The notes: generated from the sequence alone by a model not told the origin. DNA of 58,483 bases from Candidatus Sulfotelmatobacter sp. (GCA_030039195.1 JASHQK010000509.1:1-58483); one strand, 5' to 3'; shown: positions 35,203 through 45,286, counted from the stretch's first letter. Program-made: numbers and translations.

Positions 35203-35218
35203 CGAAGAGACCTGACCT

Positions 35219-35719
35219 ATGCAAACGGTAAGCGAGACAACCCCCTCCGGCAGCAAACAACAAGGTGAACGCCTCGACCATTTCAACAGTACACGCCGCC
35301 GCGTCATTGAGTATTTTCTCGGTGGTGGCTTGTTGGCTTCGTTCGTTTCATTTCTCTACCCGGTGTTGCGCTACCTCATACCTCCTGCGGTAGCTGATCT
35401 TGGCGGTGACGAAATCGTCGCCGCCAAGATCGGCGAGCTAAAGCCGAATTCCGGCAAGATATTCCGATTCGGCAACCATCCTGGCTTGTTGATCCTAAAC
35501 AGCGATGGTACCTATCGTGCACTTTCCGCTACTTGTACCCACCTTGGCTGCACCGTGCAGTATCGCGCCGATCTTCGCCAGATCTGGTGTGCCTGCCACA
35601 ACGGAATCTACGATCTGAACGGTCGCAATGTTTCCGGTCCTCCGCCCAGACCGCTGGATGTGTTCGATGTCCACGCGCGCGGAGATGAGATTGTCGTCAG
35701 CAGAAAGCGGGAGGCGTGA
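35219..35719 (+). CDS. Rieske 2Fe-2S subunit (b6f/PetC-like)
   Basis: N-terminal TM; [10 protein letters not shown]...CACHNGIYD. Confidence 0.9.
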   Translation: MQTVSETTPSGSKQQGERLDHFNSTRRRVIEYFLGGGLLASFVSFLYPVLRYLIPPAVADLGGDEIVAAKIGELKPNSGKIFRFGNHPGLLILNSDGTYRALSATCTHLGCTVQYRADLRQIWCACHNGIYDLNGRNVSGPPPRPLDVFDVHARGDEIVVSRKREA

Positions 35720-36801
35720 ATATGTTCGCTACCCTCCGTCACTGGCTCGACGAGCGGTTTGATTGGGATGACCTGACCGCTCCGCTTCGCCATAAGACAG
35801 TCCCCTCTCATCGCCTGTCATATTGGTATTTCCTCGGGGGCATTACGCTTTTCCTTTTCGGGATTCAGGTGGCGACCGGCATCTTGTTGCTGCTCTACTA
35901 CCGGCCCGGGGCAAACGAAGCGTTTGAGAGCGTGCAGTACATCATGACCCGGGTGCAATTTGGCTGGCTGATCCGGTCCATCCATTCCTGGTCCGCGAAC
36001 CTAATGATCTTTACTGCCTTTGCGCATATGTTCAGCGTGTTGTTCCTGAAGGCCTACCGCAAACCGCGTGAGCTTACGTGGGTCAGCGGTGTACTCCTCC
36101 TGTTTCTTGTCATGGGATTCGGCTTCAGCGGCTATTTATTGCCGTGGAACACTTTGGCTTTTTTCGCCACAAAGGTCGGCACGGAAATCACCGGACAGGT
36201 TCCGATCATCGGCAAGCCCATAATGATCTTTCTTCGCGGCGGCGAAGAGGTGACAGGTGCAACACTGACAAGGTTCTTCGGATTCCATGTCGCGGTTCTT
36301 CCCGGCTTAGCGACTGTCTTGCTTATGCTGCACTTGTTACTGGTGCAGCGCCTGGGCATCAGTGTTCCCCCGAAACTTGAAGCGCAATGGAACGCGAATC
36401 CATCTGCGAAGAGCCAGATGCAATTCTTCCCCAACTTCTTGTTGCGGGAGATGATGGCTTGGTACGTTGCTCTGGCAATGCTGGGAGTGCTGGCAGCGGT
36501 ATTCCCATGGAACCTTGGCGTGAAAGCCGATCCGTTCGTACCTGCGCCAGCGGGAATCAAACCCGAATGGTACTTTCTCTTTATGTTTCAGACATTGAAG
36601 CTCATTCCTTCTAGGGTTTGGTTCGTGGATGGAGAAGTCTTGGGGGTTCTGGGCTTCGGTCTCGTGGGGCTCGCGTGGCTTGTGTTGCCCTTTTTCGAAA
36701 GTTTCTCCTCCTCACACACGAAACGCCGGATTACTCAATTTACAGTCTTTGCTTTCGCGTACGTCGCAGGCATGAGCGTTTATGGCTATCTTGCAAAATA
36801 G
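35716..36801 (+). CDS. Full-length (fused) cytochrome b
   Basis: 361 aa; [41 protein letters not shown]; ATGA-type overlap with the Rieske gene. Confidence 0.9.
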   Translation: MNMFATLRHWLDERFDWDDLTAPLRHKTVPSHRLSYWYFLGGITLFLFGIQVATGILLLLYYRPGANEAFESVQYIMTRVQFGWLIRSIHSWSANLMIFTAFAHMFSVLFLKAYRKPRELTWVSGVLLLFLVMGFGFSGYLLPWNTLAFFATKVGTEITGQVPIIGKPIMIFLRGGEEVTGATLTRFFGFHVAVLPGLATVLLMLHLLLVQRLGISVPPKLEAQWNANPSAKSQMQFFPNFLLREMMAWYVALAMLGVLAAVFPWNLGVKADPFVPAPAGIKPEWYFLFMFQTLKLIPSRVWFVDGEVLGVLGFGLVGLAWLVLPFFESFSSSHTKRRITQFTVFAFAYVAGMSVYGYLAK

Positions 36802-38050
36802 ATTGGGCGCGCTTGGCGCGCTCTGCGGTGTGGTTTTGGCCGGGCTTGTTTTATTTGTTGCATGTCTGGCCCACGCGCAAACCTCGAACTCCTGTCTGGA
36901 TTGTCATGCTGGTCTACCAGACCCTCTGGGAGTCAGCCAGGAAAAGTTTAGCCAGGACGTACACGCCCAGAAAGGGCTGACTTGTGTTAGCTGTCACGGC
37001 GGCGACCCAACCAGCGACGATCCGGACAAGGCCATGAACAAGAAAGCGGGGTGGAAGGGCAAGATCGAGCGCAAGCAGATCCCCGAGTTATGCGGAAGTT
37101 GTCATTCCGATCCCTATTACATCCGGCAGTTCAATCCAGGCTTACGAACTGACCAGCTCGACCAGTACCGTACCAGCGTGCATGGTAAACGTTTGGTTGC
37201 GGGAGACACAAAGGTAGCCGTGTGCATCGATTGCCATAGTGTGCATGACATAAGGGCTCCCAGCGATCCCCGCTCGACGGTGAATCCGGTCAATGTGGCG
37301 ACCACCTGCGCAGGCTGCCATGCTAACGACGGTTATATGAAGGGATACTCCATTCCTACCGATCAATTCGCAAAATATGACGTGAGTGTACATCATGAGG
37401 CATTAGCTGTGCGGGGCGATTTGAGTGCACCAACCTGCTCGACGTGCCACGGGAATCATGGTGCAGTGCCTCCAGGAGTAGACAAAGTCCAGAATGTCTG
37501 CTCAAACTGTCACGCGTTCCAGGACCAAATGTACGAAAAGAGTTCTCACAAGAAAGCCTTTCAAGCTTCCTCCCTGCCAGGGTGTGTCGTGTGTCACAGC
37601 AACCATGCGATCACCTACCCCAGCGATGCAAAACTCGGAACCGGTCCAGAAGCGGTCTGCATGCGTTGTCACACTCCCGGCGACAAATGCGATCAAGCCC
37701 GAGCCCGATTGCAGGCGAAACTAATCAGCCTCGACTTGGCGATCAAGAAAGCGGACCAAGCGCTCGCCCTTGCGGAGTCTTCCGGCATGGAGGTAGGCGA
37801 AGCGCGCATGGCACAGGCTCAGGCCCGAGATTCGCTGACCAAGGCTCGAGTCACAATCCACAGTTTCCAGGAAAGCCTAGCGGATCAGGACATTCAGGCG
37901 GGGCTGAAAATTGCCGCAGAGGATCTGCAAGCCGGCCAGGCAGCCATGGTTGAGCGCAACCGTCGCCGTGCCGGCTTGGGGGTATCCCTCGTCGCAATAG
38001 GAATGGTACTGGCTGGGCTTCGGCTGTACATCAAGAAGATAGAGCGCTAG
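36782..38050 (+). CDS. Nonahaem cytochrome c with C-terminal coiled coil and TM anchor
   Basis: Signal peptide. Nine CXXCH (CLDCH, CVSCH, CGSCH, CIDCH, CAGCH, CSTCH, CSNCH, CVVCH, CMRCH). C-terminal [17 protein letters not shown]. Confidence 0.85.
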   Translation: MAILQNRLGALGALCGVVLAGLVLFVACLAHAQTSNSCLDCHAGLPDPLGVSQEKFSQDVHAQKGLTCVSCHGGDPTSDDPDKAMNKKAGWKGKIERKQIPELCGSCHSDPYYIRQFNPGLRTDQLDQYRTSVHGKRLVAGDTKVAVCIDCHSVHDIRAPSDPRSTVNPVNVATTCAGCHANDGYMKGYSIPTDQFAKYDVSVHHEALAVRGDLSAPTCSTCHGNHGAVPPGVDKVQNVCSNCHAFQDQMYEKSSHKKAFQASSLPGCVVCHSNHAITYPSDAKLGTGPEAVCMRCHTPGDKCDQARARLQAKLISLDLAIKKADQALALAESSGMEVGEARMAQAQARDSLTKARVTIHSFQESLADQDIQAGLKIAAEDLQAGQAAMVERNRRRAGLGVSLVAIGMVLAGLRLYIKKIER

Positions 38051-38078
38051 CTTGCGCCTACAATGAAGCGCAAGAAAA

Positions 38079-38114
38079 GCCCCAGAGCTTGTCTGATTCT
38101 GGGGCATTTTTATT
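38079..38114 (+). terminator. Rho-independent terminator of the second Rieske/cyt b operon
   Basis: GCCCCAGA-N11-TCTGGGGC followed by ATTTTTATT. Confidence 0.75.
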
Positions 38115-38433
38115 GCTTGGGGGAACGATCAACGACACGTCCAAGAGGCACAAAACTCCGTTAGCCTACCCGTGCCACTCTTCTCCTGTCTGTGACCATA
38201 CGCACGCGAGAAAAAAGCCTCAGAGTAGTGTGATTCCTCTGAGGCATTCGAGCTTGGGGCGAAAATACTATTCATACAACCTTAACGCAGACTGTGCCTA
38301 TGAGTAAGGAGTACGAGGGTACATTACGGTTACGGGAAGACGATACCTTGCCGCTCGCGTGGGTCAGAGCGACATATCATGGCGGGCCGACCGCGGTGCC
38401 AGAAATCGAGCCACCCGGCTGCAGTGACTGCAA

Positions 38434-38835
38434 ATGTCCGTACGACGGGAGCGTGACGCACACGGCTGGCCTTCGTTTAATGAGTACGTCGTTTGCGCAA
38501 TTGGCGAGCAGAGTCTGCAGAGGGAGTTGACCTATGTTGGAAAAGGTGTCGAACGACTTCTCAGCGCCTATCAGGAAGGATTGTTGTCGATTGAGCGGCT
38601 GCGTGAACGTATGCCGGCGTTGCGCCAGCGGCAACAGGTACTGAGTGCTGAGCTGAGGGCGATCGTTGATCAGACCAATGATCGCGCTGCATTCTTGCGT
38701 TTGGGCGAAACCCTCACGGCATTCCTGGAGCGCTTGCGCAGCGCTGCGGGAACACTTGGTGTCATTGAACACCAGAGAATCGTGCGACTGCTCGTTGAAG
38801 ACGTCCCGGTCGGTGATCGCAAAAAGCCCCGATAG
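38434..38835 (+). pseudogene. 3' fragment of a large serine recombinase gene
   Basis: ...GVERLLSAYQEGLLSIERLRERMPALRQRQQVLSAELRAI...FLRLGETLTAFLERLRSAAGTLGVIEHQRIVRLLVEDV matches the C-terminal coiled-coil of large serine recombinases. The catalytic N-terminus is absent. Confidence 0.6.
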
Positions 38836-38913
38836 GCACTGTACCCAAAGGAGCGCGCAAGAAAGCGCTGATGGAAGTGTTGAGAAATATAAAGTACTAC
38901 TTATATTTCTCAT

Positions 38914-39507
38914 ATGCAATATATTCAACGAAGACTGGCAGCTGTGCTGCTGGTTGCGGCTCGGCATTTCCCCGCTGTGGTTGTGACTGGTCCACGCCGT
39001 GCTGGCAAGACCACTCTTCTGCGCAAGCTCTTTCCTAAAGCCCAGCATGTACTGCTCGAGGATCCTGATGTTCAGGAACGGGTGCGGAGTGATCCCCGCG
39101 CTTTCCTAGAGGCACTCCGTCCTCCGGTGGTCTTCGACGAGATTCAAAACACGCCCGAATTACTTGCGTATGTCCGTACAGTCATCGACACGGGCCGGCG
39201 CCGGATGGGGCAGTGGTTGTTCACCGGCTCCCAAGAAGCCCCACTGATGCAAGGCATCAGCGAATCGATGGCGGGACGAGCGGCTATCCTTCAGCTTCTA
39301 CCTTTCAGTCTTTCGGAAACCAAGAAAGTGAATCTGCTACACGGGGGGTTCCCAGAGGTGCTCGCTCGGCCGGAGGCTCGTGGCCTTTGGTTTGCTTCCT
39401 ACCTGCAAACGTATCTGGAGAGAGACGTTCGAGCGATCACGAACGTGCGAGACTTGGCAACGTTTCGCCGTTTTCTTGCACTCCTGGCAAGCCGTCAGTG
39501 TGCATGA
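38914..39507 (+). pseudogene. Truncated AAA+ ATPase (AAA_14/DUF4143 family)
   Basis: Walker A GPRRAGKTTLL and DEIQ Walker B. The ORF stops at LLASRQCA*, about half the usual length, and the DUF4143 part is missing. Confidence 0.65.
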
Positions 39508-39599
39508 CAATGATCCTCCTTGTGTGAACTGCCGAGTTGTAATCTACTCGGCGGCGAACCATCTCATTAATCCCCATTTCGCTCATTGACCCGGCAACC

Positions 39600-39629
39600 A
39601 GGGTTTGGATCGCAAACCCTTGTTTTCGG
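39600..39629 (+). terminator. Rho-independent terminator-like hairpin
   Basis: AGGGTTTG-GATCG-CAAACCCT followed by TGTTTTCGG. Confidence 0.5.
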
Positions 39630-39853
39630 TAGTTACAATAAAGGCCGCTTTAACTGAGGTGGCCGCGCCATTTAATCGCCGGGCCAAAATCGCAAAGCAG
39701 AAGGCTAGCGTTCTAAGCGCGAAAGGGAAAGCCATGAAGATTCTTCTAGCCGTTGATGACTCCAAGTTTTCAGAAGCTGCGGTGAAGAGCCTCGCTGATC
39801 GAGTGGTTAAAGAGTTCCGTTTGCGAGGGATGAGGTTGCACGAGGATGACAAC

Positions 39854-40226
39854 ATGAACTGCTTCAATCGACATTTGCTGGCAACAGTAGTTATCTTCTT
39901 TTTGCTCGGAGCGCTTGGTTTTACTCAGAATTCAATTTCACCAAGCGAAGCTAAATCTCACGTGGGAGAAAGAGCTACAGTCTGCGGATTGGTAGTGGGA
40001 ACGCACTACGCAGCCCAAAGTCGTGGAAACCCCACTTTTATCAATCTCGATAAACCATATCCGAACCAGATTTTCACAGTGTTAATTTGGGGCAGCGAAC
40101 GCCCAAAGTGCGGCGATCCCGCAGGCATGTATCAGATGAAACACATCTGCGCGACCGGAAAGATCAGCGACTACAAGAGAGCCCGAAATAATCGCCTACG
40201 AGCCCTCTCAAATCAAGATTCAGTAG
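39854..40226 (+). CDS. Low-GC secreted hypothetical protein, apparently frameshifted near the 3' end
   Basis: Signal peptide MNCFNRHLLATVVIFFLLGALGFTQ. After ...GKISDYK one extra nt (around 40178) separates it from the frame encoding EPEIIAYEPSQIKIQ*. Length 373 nt = 3n+1. Confidence 0.45.
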
Positions 40227-40506
40227 CCAAGCCTGCAAGGAGAACGCGCTTGAAACAGGAGATCTCGGCCCGGTTCAAACCTCTTCCTTCTTAAAGAAAT
40301 CGGGACGGCGAGTGTATCAACGTGCCTATCGGGAGTGCGCCATCATCAACAGCCGGACGTTTCCTCCGGCACGTGCAATCCAGGAGTTGGTCACGGCATG
40401 GAAGCAGTTGAGGAAGTGGCGGAAGTAGGCCAGTGGCAATTTTGCATGGGCACGATTCTGGCAATCCAGGCTCACCGCGACAGAGTCGAACGCCTCGTAC
40501 TTGGGC

Positions 40507-40857
40507 TTATCGTCCAGCCCAATCCTCGGGCGGGTCGGAAATTCCCCAGACGTTTCCTGGCTCGTCTATGCCTATTCCCAGAAGCCAAAAAGGCTTTTCA
40601 AATTTCCCGAGCGAAATCGAACTGACTATTCTGCCGGTGATTTTTGTAGCAGCGGGCAAGCCTTCGAGTACCACTTTTGAGCCGACATCCACTGCCCGAT
40701 TGAGTTTCAATGAGCAACCCTGCAAGTTGACCAGCACGATCAGGCACCGTTGAGAAAATGAGCAACTCTCGTCGGCGCTGGTCAAGATCGCGTCTATCTC
40801 ACACGGCACTCGTGTCCCTAAGCGCTCTGTCGTCCTCTTTACTCCTGTCGTTTCCAT
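40507..40857 (-). CDS. PilZ-domain protein
   Basis: TRVPCEIDAILTS...CLIVLVNLQGCSL...GSKVVLEG pattern of single-domain PilZ proteins; start METTGV. Confidence 0.65.
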   Translation of the reverse strand: METTGVKRTTERLGTRVPCEIDAILTSADESCSFSQRCLIVLVNLQGCSLKLNRAVDVGSKVVLEGLPAATKITGRIVSSISLGKFEKPFWLLGIGIDEPGNVWGISDPPEDWAGR

Positions 40858-41504
40858 GTTCCCAGTAAGGAGAACGTAAACTTCCATGGCAGCCAGGGGA
40901 AAAGTGCAGCCTGTTCGGATTTCGTAACAGGCACTTGTACGCCGGAGTCTCCGGGGTGCAGTTCCCGCATTCGTTTCGTTCCAAACCTGTCAGTGCGGGA
41001 GCAGCGCGACTGTCTCGACGAATCGGTGAAGATCGTCCAACTCAATGCCACGGTTAGGCGCTGGCGATCGATTAGAACAGGATGGAACCCCGCAGGGCGA
41101 GCGGCTCAGTCTCTGAGGACAACTGTCGCAAATGTATGGTCCGCCGCCGGACTGGCAAGAATGGAAACAGATCGAGACCGATGTCGAGGCGATCAGGGAC
41201 TGGTGGTCATGTCCAGTCCAGCGACTTCCTTATTCTTTATTCTTTTCTGAGACAAAGGTTTTTTCTTCCGCCGAGCAGCCGCTGTCGCCATGCTTCCATA
41301 CGCCCTCTCGAGGAACGATTCATTCGCTCGGTGCAGGTTGGGCGTTCTCGTTTCAGCCGATGCTGCCACCTGATTTGCGACCTGCAGTTCCGTTTCAGCG
41401 GGTGGAACGTGGGCCAGGCGATTGACGCAGTCACCGGAACTCGGCTTTGGCTTTTGTCTTGTATCTTCCTGGAACGATTTTGTTTTTGTTTTGCCGTTTT
41501 GTCT

Positions 41505-41700
41505 TTACGCGGCTGCCGCAACTGTCGTTCGGCTGCTGTTATGCAACGGGTCGTACACTTCTCCGCTTATCCACAGATGGTGCAGCAACACCGCCAGCTT
41601 TCTAGCTGTGGCGACAATCGCTCTCTTCTCCCCCTCTTTCCGCCGCGCTCCGCTAGCTTCAGGCCCCAGCGCCTGGGATCGCAGTCCGGACCGAATGGAC
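41505..41700 (-). pseudogene. 3' remnant of an IS110-family transposase gene
   Basis: Minus-strand frames give WGLKLAERGGKR and, after a frameshift, KRAIVATARKLAVLLHHLWISGEVYDP...*. This is the conserved C-terminus of IS110/IS902 transposases; no N-terminal part is present. Confidence 0.6.
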
Positions 41701-41943
41701 TCAGAATATCTTGTGCTCCTTGCACGATACGCGATGAGGGGGACGAGACTTGCGAAACATAGGCGTGCTGGACATAAGCGAAAAAATCACAGCCACTGGG
41801 TCAATCAAAAGGCTCTGCCGTTGAGCTTATAATGTTCATGTCTGGCGGACGAGTTGTGAGGCTCCGCTAGTTCCTGCCGATCCACTCGAATTCCAGCCCG
41901 AACCTCGCTTGCTGTCCGCCAGCCAGCCGGAGGTGCAAGGCCG

Positions 41944-42351
41944 ATGGCAACGATGGCAAAATTGCCCGTTCTTGCAGTTCTTGCGGTCACGATGTGTGCA
42001 GCACTGTCCTGCGGAACCTGCCCGCCCGTTCCTTCCATTACTTCCGTCTCGCCCGCCGCTGTAACCGCTGGAGGCAGCCAGTTCGTCCTGACCGTCAATG
42101 GCGACGACTTCCGCCATGACGCAGTGGTGGAGTGGAACGGCTCCCCTCAGGTGACGACCTTCGCCAACAGCCATCAGTTACTTGCCGCAGTCACCGCTGC
42201 CGACATTGCACAGCCGGGCACCGTGTTGGTCTCAGTATTTAATCCGCCAGAAGTCGGAGGCACGACATTTTCCGGTGCTATCGGAGCGACATCCACAACG
42301 GTGTGCAGCGGCAAGGACTCGAACGGCTTCTCCTTCACGATCAAACCGTGA
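41944..42351 (+). CDS. IPT/TIG-domain lipoprotein
   Basis: Lipobox AALSC; PSITSVSPAAVTAGGSQFVLTVNGDDF... is typical of IPT/TIG Ig-like domains. Confidence 0.7.
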   Translation: MATMAKLPVLAVLAVTMCAALSCGTCPPVPSITSVSPAAVTAGGSQFVLTVNGDDFRHDAVVEWNGSPQVTTFANSHQLLAAVTAADIAQPGTVLVSVFNPPEVGGTTFSGAIGATSTTVCSGKDSNGFSFTIKP

Positions 42352-42407
42352 CCGTGGATTGAAGGAGCGGAAACGCGGGATGTTTACGAACCCTTAGTGA
42401 ACGTTAC

Positions 42408-42751
42408 CTATTCTGGATGGAAATGTAGCTCGATCAGTTCCTTGGATTCGGCGGCGGCTGGAGCAAATTTCCATCGTTTTATGGTTTTATGGCACCCACG
42501 GAAACCTCAACGAGCAAAGGGCTGCCCCCCGGTTGGACGGATTTCACCGAACCGTCCGGTGCCACGACAGCGTACACCTTGACAGTCCCGGCGATATTCA
42601 TCCTTCTCGCCATCTCCGGGTAGGTGGGGTCTAGTTTGCGAATGAGCTTGCGTCCATTCTCGTTGGAGGATTGCTGTGTTTGAGCAAATACCGCAAGTTC
42701 AAAGCATCACGAGAACAGAAGAGACAAAACCAGAAAGCCAAGAATCCGCAT
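42408..42751 (-). pseudogene. Small secreted TonB C-terminal-domain protein, inactivated
   Basis: MRILGFLVLSLLFS-TGA-CFELAVFAQ...PTYPEMARRMNIAGTVKVYAVVAPDGSV...GAIK, then out of frame RWKFAPAAAESKELIELHFHPE*. In-frame TGA at 42707-42709. 8-bp tandem duplication TTTTATGG x2 at 42477-42492. 344-8 = 336 nt restores the frame. Confidence 0.65.
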
Positions 42752-43533
42752 GATCGCGATTCCCGAAAAGGTGAAAGTGTCATTCCGACACTTCACTTCT
42801 GTACGCGAATTTTAGAGGATTGCCCAATCGACCTGTAATGACTAATGTCACCGACGTGCCGGGGATTTCTGGTCTGCGACTGCCGAAGGCATTCGTGTCT
42901 GGCTCTAACGTTGAGTGTAGCTGTGATTGTTACGCAGAATGCAGTCCGGCAAGACATCAAAAGAGGATCGTAAAGAGATGAGGGGAGACGGCATCGGCGG
43001 ACATTAAACGGAGCGGCATCAAGCGTGCTCTTTCTTGTACATCTCTAACGCCGATTTCGCGTCTCCAAGGTCTTTCTCCAATCTCGCAAGCTCGTTCTTG
43101 TCAAATTTAGGGCGTGCGCGTTCGGTCACTAGCATAAGCTCTCACGTAGCAACCCGCGTCTCCGGTTGATCGCGCTTGGAGTCCATTGGGCAAATGATAC
43201 GCCAGTACACTGTATGAAAGTAAATCGGCGGCGGCGTAACGACATCGAATATTGCGGCTTTGCGTTTTGCGGGTTGTCAAAGGGGAATCGGGATGAGAAT
43301 CGTAGTTCCCCTCAGAAGACGAAACGCCAAAGTGCGCCAAACACATGTGATTGACGACAGAACGCCCTTCTCTTGTCCTCGGAGTGATTCCGATCACTGA
43401 CAAAACCTTCCGGTGAATCTAAGGTTCGCGCCATGTACAAGTCGGCTCGGGGATAGCCCGCGCCTGACACGGTATCCCCCGCCCAAGTCAATTCCGTCTC
43501 AACTCGAATTCGAAAGCAAGGAGGAATTCGCCT

Positions 43534-43857
43534 ATGTTTGCGCGTGTGGTTGAATTTGTTCCCAAGTATGAGAAGAAGGATGAGTTCATCAAGACAATCA
43601 AGAACGAGGTTCTGCCCATTCTGAAGAAGCAGGTTGGCTTCCTCGAAGTCCTTCCTCTGTTTCCGGAAATGAAGAATGAAAAAGCCGTATACGTCACCCT
43701 ATGGGCGGAGAAGAAGGACGCGGAGCGTTATCACAAAGAAGTGTTCGACAGGGTCGAGGACATCGTCAGACCGTACCTGGCCTCCCCGATTACGTGGAAG
43801 CTCTACAACGTTGAGACCACGCTCTGCGAGCACTTCGTCAATGCGCTTGCAGCGTGA
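43534..43857 (+). CDS. Small ABM/Dabb-like (ferredoxin-fold) protein
   Basis: 107 aa, strong SD AAGGAGGA, MFARVVEFVPK...VYVTLWAEKKDAERY pattern. Confidence 0.6.
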   Translation: MFARVVEFVPKYEKKDEFIKTIKNEVLPILKKQVGFLEVLPLFPEMKNEKAVYVTLWAEKKDAERYHKEVFDRVEDIVRPYLASPITWKLYNVETTLCEHFVNALAA

Positions 43858-43882
43858 ATGGTTATTTGCGGTTCAAGGGCCG

Positions 43883-43912
43883 GAGCCGGGGTCGTGCTCC
43901 GGCTCTTCTGTA
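43883..43912 (+). terminator. Weak terminator-like hairpin
   Basis: GAGCCGG-N9-CCGGCTC followed by TTCTGT. Confidence 0.35.
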
Positions 43913-44322
43913 GAACCGAACCTTCGGACTTTACGAAGGCTGCTTTTTTGACACAGCCAAGTTGAGAGTGGGCTGGGAACTGATCACCGTGTCCACATCA
44001 ACCTGCCAACACACTTCACCGGACAGTTCGCTGAAGTGCCCGAGGTTACTGCCATGGAAGCCACATTCTTCAAGTTCGCCTTTTTTGTCCTAATCGGACT
44101 AGCCATGCTTGGCCTACTGACCATGGCGACTGTCGCTATTGTTTTTTGGCTAAGAATCCTATGGATTTGGCTCAGGGCATACGGGAGAACCGCCAAGCCG
44201 GGACACGTATGAACTGTTGGCGTGATCTGGGCGGGGAACAGTCGCGTTCACTGCCGATCCGTGTTCTTGTGGTGCGGGAGCCGATCCTTAGTCGCGATCA
44301 ATCGTCCGCTGAGGGAGATGCT

Positions 44323-44820
44323 ATGACAAGCGAATCTGCATCCGCCTATTTGCGCTACGCCCTTCTACAACACACTGAGAAAATTCGTGAGCCGAAGTCT
44401 ACCGTGCTGTTCCGAAGGGGAGACAGGGCTTGCGGCATGTTTGTCGTTCTCACCGGGAGGGTGAGCTTGGACTTGGGCGTGGATTCGATTGTCGGTCGCT
44501 CCTATGGTGCAGGTGCGCTGATCGGTTTGCCGTCAACGCTCACCCGGCAAAACTACAGTATGACGGCCACGGTGACCGAGGATGCGGAACTTGGTTTCCT
44601 GCCTCCTGAAGCATTGGAGTCCTTGCTGCGTCAGCACCCCGATCTCTATCCGCCGCTGCTTTTCTTCCTTGGAGAGAAGATTGCGGAAAGTCGTGAAAAT
44701 GAGGGGACGTTGCTCGATAGACGTGTGCCTGAAACAGGCGCGACCGGGAACCGAGACACCGTGATGGTGGCTTGCTGTCAAGCGAAGGAGGTTGAGATGG
44801 AGGCTCGGACCGATGACTAG
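44323..44820 (+). CDS. Stand-alone cyclic-nucleotide-binding domain protein
   Basis: Start MTSESAS after GAGGGAG; TVLFRRGDRACGMFVVLTGRVSL...GAGALIGLP cNMP-binding core; no HTH. Confidence 0.75.
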   Translation: MTSESASAYLRYALLQHTEKIREPKSTVLFRRGDRACGMFVVLTGRVSLDLGVDSIVGRSYGAGALIGLPSTLTRQNYSMTATVTEDAELGFLPPEALESLLRQHPDLYPPLLFFLGEKIAESRENEGTLLDRRVPETGATGNRDTVMVACCQAKEVEMEARTDD

Positions 44821-45085
44821 CTCGCTTTTCCCGTAATCGTCGCCGGGTCCTCCATCTCTGCCAGCGGCAGAACTTGGTAAGTGGCACAGTTGTACACTGG
44901 CGACATGGCCAGAAGCCGATCAAGTTCTTCGTTTGATGTCACATTGTAAATCCAGGCTCCGCCGTGACTGCTAACGACCTGTGTCCTTGTGGTCCGGGAA
45001 GAAGTAGTACAAGGGATGTTGCGGCAGCGCCACGACAAACTGATTTTGTCTGCCAACCAGCACTCCATTGCTGGCTGGCCCTTCA

Positions 45086-45286
45086 TCAAGTTGAAATAAG
45101 GGGGCTACCGCCTGTTGCTGCATACCAAACCAGCAAGGCAAGAATCGCTAGAAGAATCCAAAAGAGCGTTCTTTTCGACTTGTTTGCTGCCGCTCCGCTT
45201 GTGGAAGTGACGGCCAATGCACGACCACACTTCCAGCAGAATCGAGAATCTTCAGGTAAGTCAGTGCCACAGTTTGAACAGAACAC
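45086..45286 (-). CDS. Zinc-ribbon membrane protein
   Basis: MFCSNCGTDLPEDSRFCWKCG zinc ribbon followed by one TM. May once have continued into 44817-45089. Confidence 0.45.
   Translation of the reverse strand: MFCSNCGTDLPEDSRFCWKCGRALAVTSTSGAAANKSKRTLFWILLAILALLVWYAATGGSPLIST

Noticed and set aside
38377-39048. 223-aa minus-strand ORF
   Set aside because: It is antisense to both the serine-recombinase fragment and the start of the ATPase gene, and no family signature was found.
41082-41762. 226-aa plus-strand ORF and neighbours (41132-41425, 41237-41521)
   Set aside because: They are Arg/Ser/Cys-rich and overlap the IS110 transposase remnant on the other strand. No start context or family signal was found, so this is likely non-coding decayed DNA.
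43019-43135. 38-codon minus-strand ORF MLVTERARPKFDKNELARLEKDLGDAKSALEMYKKEHA, antitoxin-like by size
   Set aside because: It is too short, has no partner gene, and no SD is evident. It cannot be supported from sequence alone.
44054-44212. 52-aa hydrophobic ORF (MEATFFKFAFFVLIGLAMLGLLTMATVAIVFWLRILWIWL...) upstream of the cNMP-domain gene
   Set aside because: It is a plausible mini membrane protein, but there is no SD and no conservation evidence is available.
44817-45089. 90-aa ORF whose C-terminal half (GGAWIYNVTSNEELDRLLAMSPVYNCATYQVLPL) resembles muconolactone-isomerase-like small proteins
   Set aside because: The N-terminal half looks like out-of-frame sequence, and no internal start fits. 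It may be another decayed gene or the lost C-terminus of the zinc-ribbon protein, so I left it uncalled.
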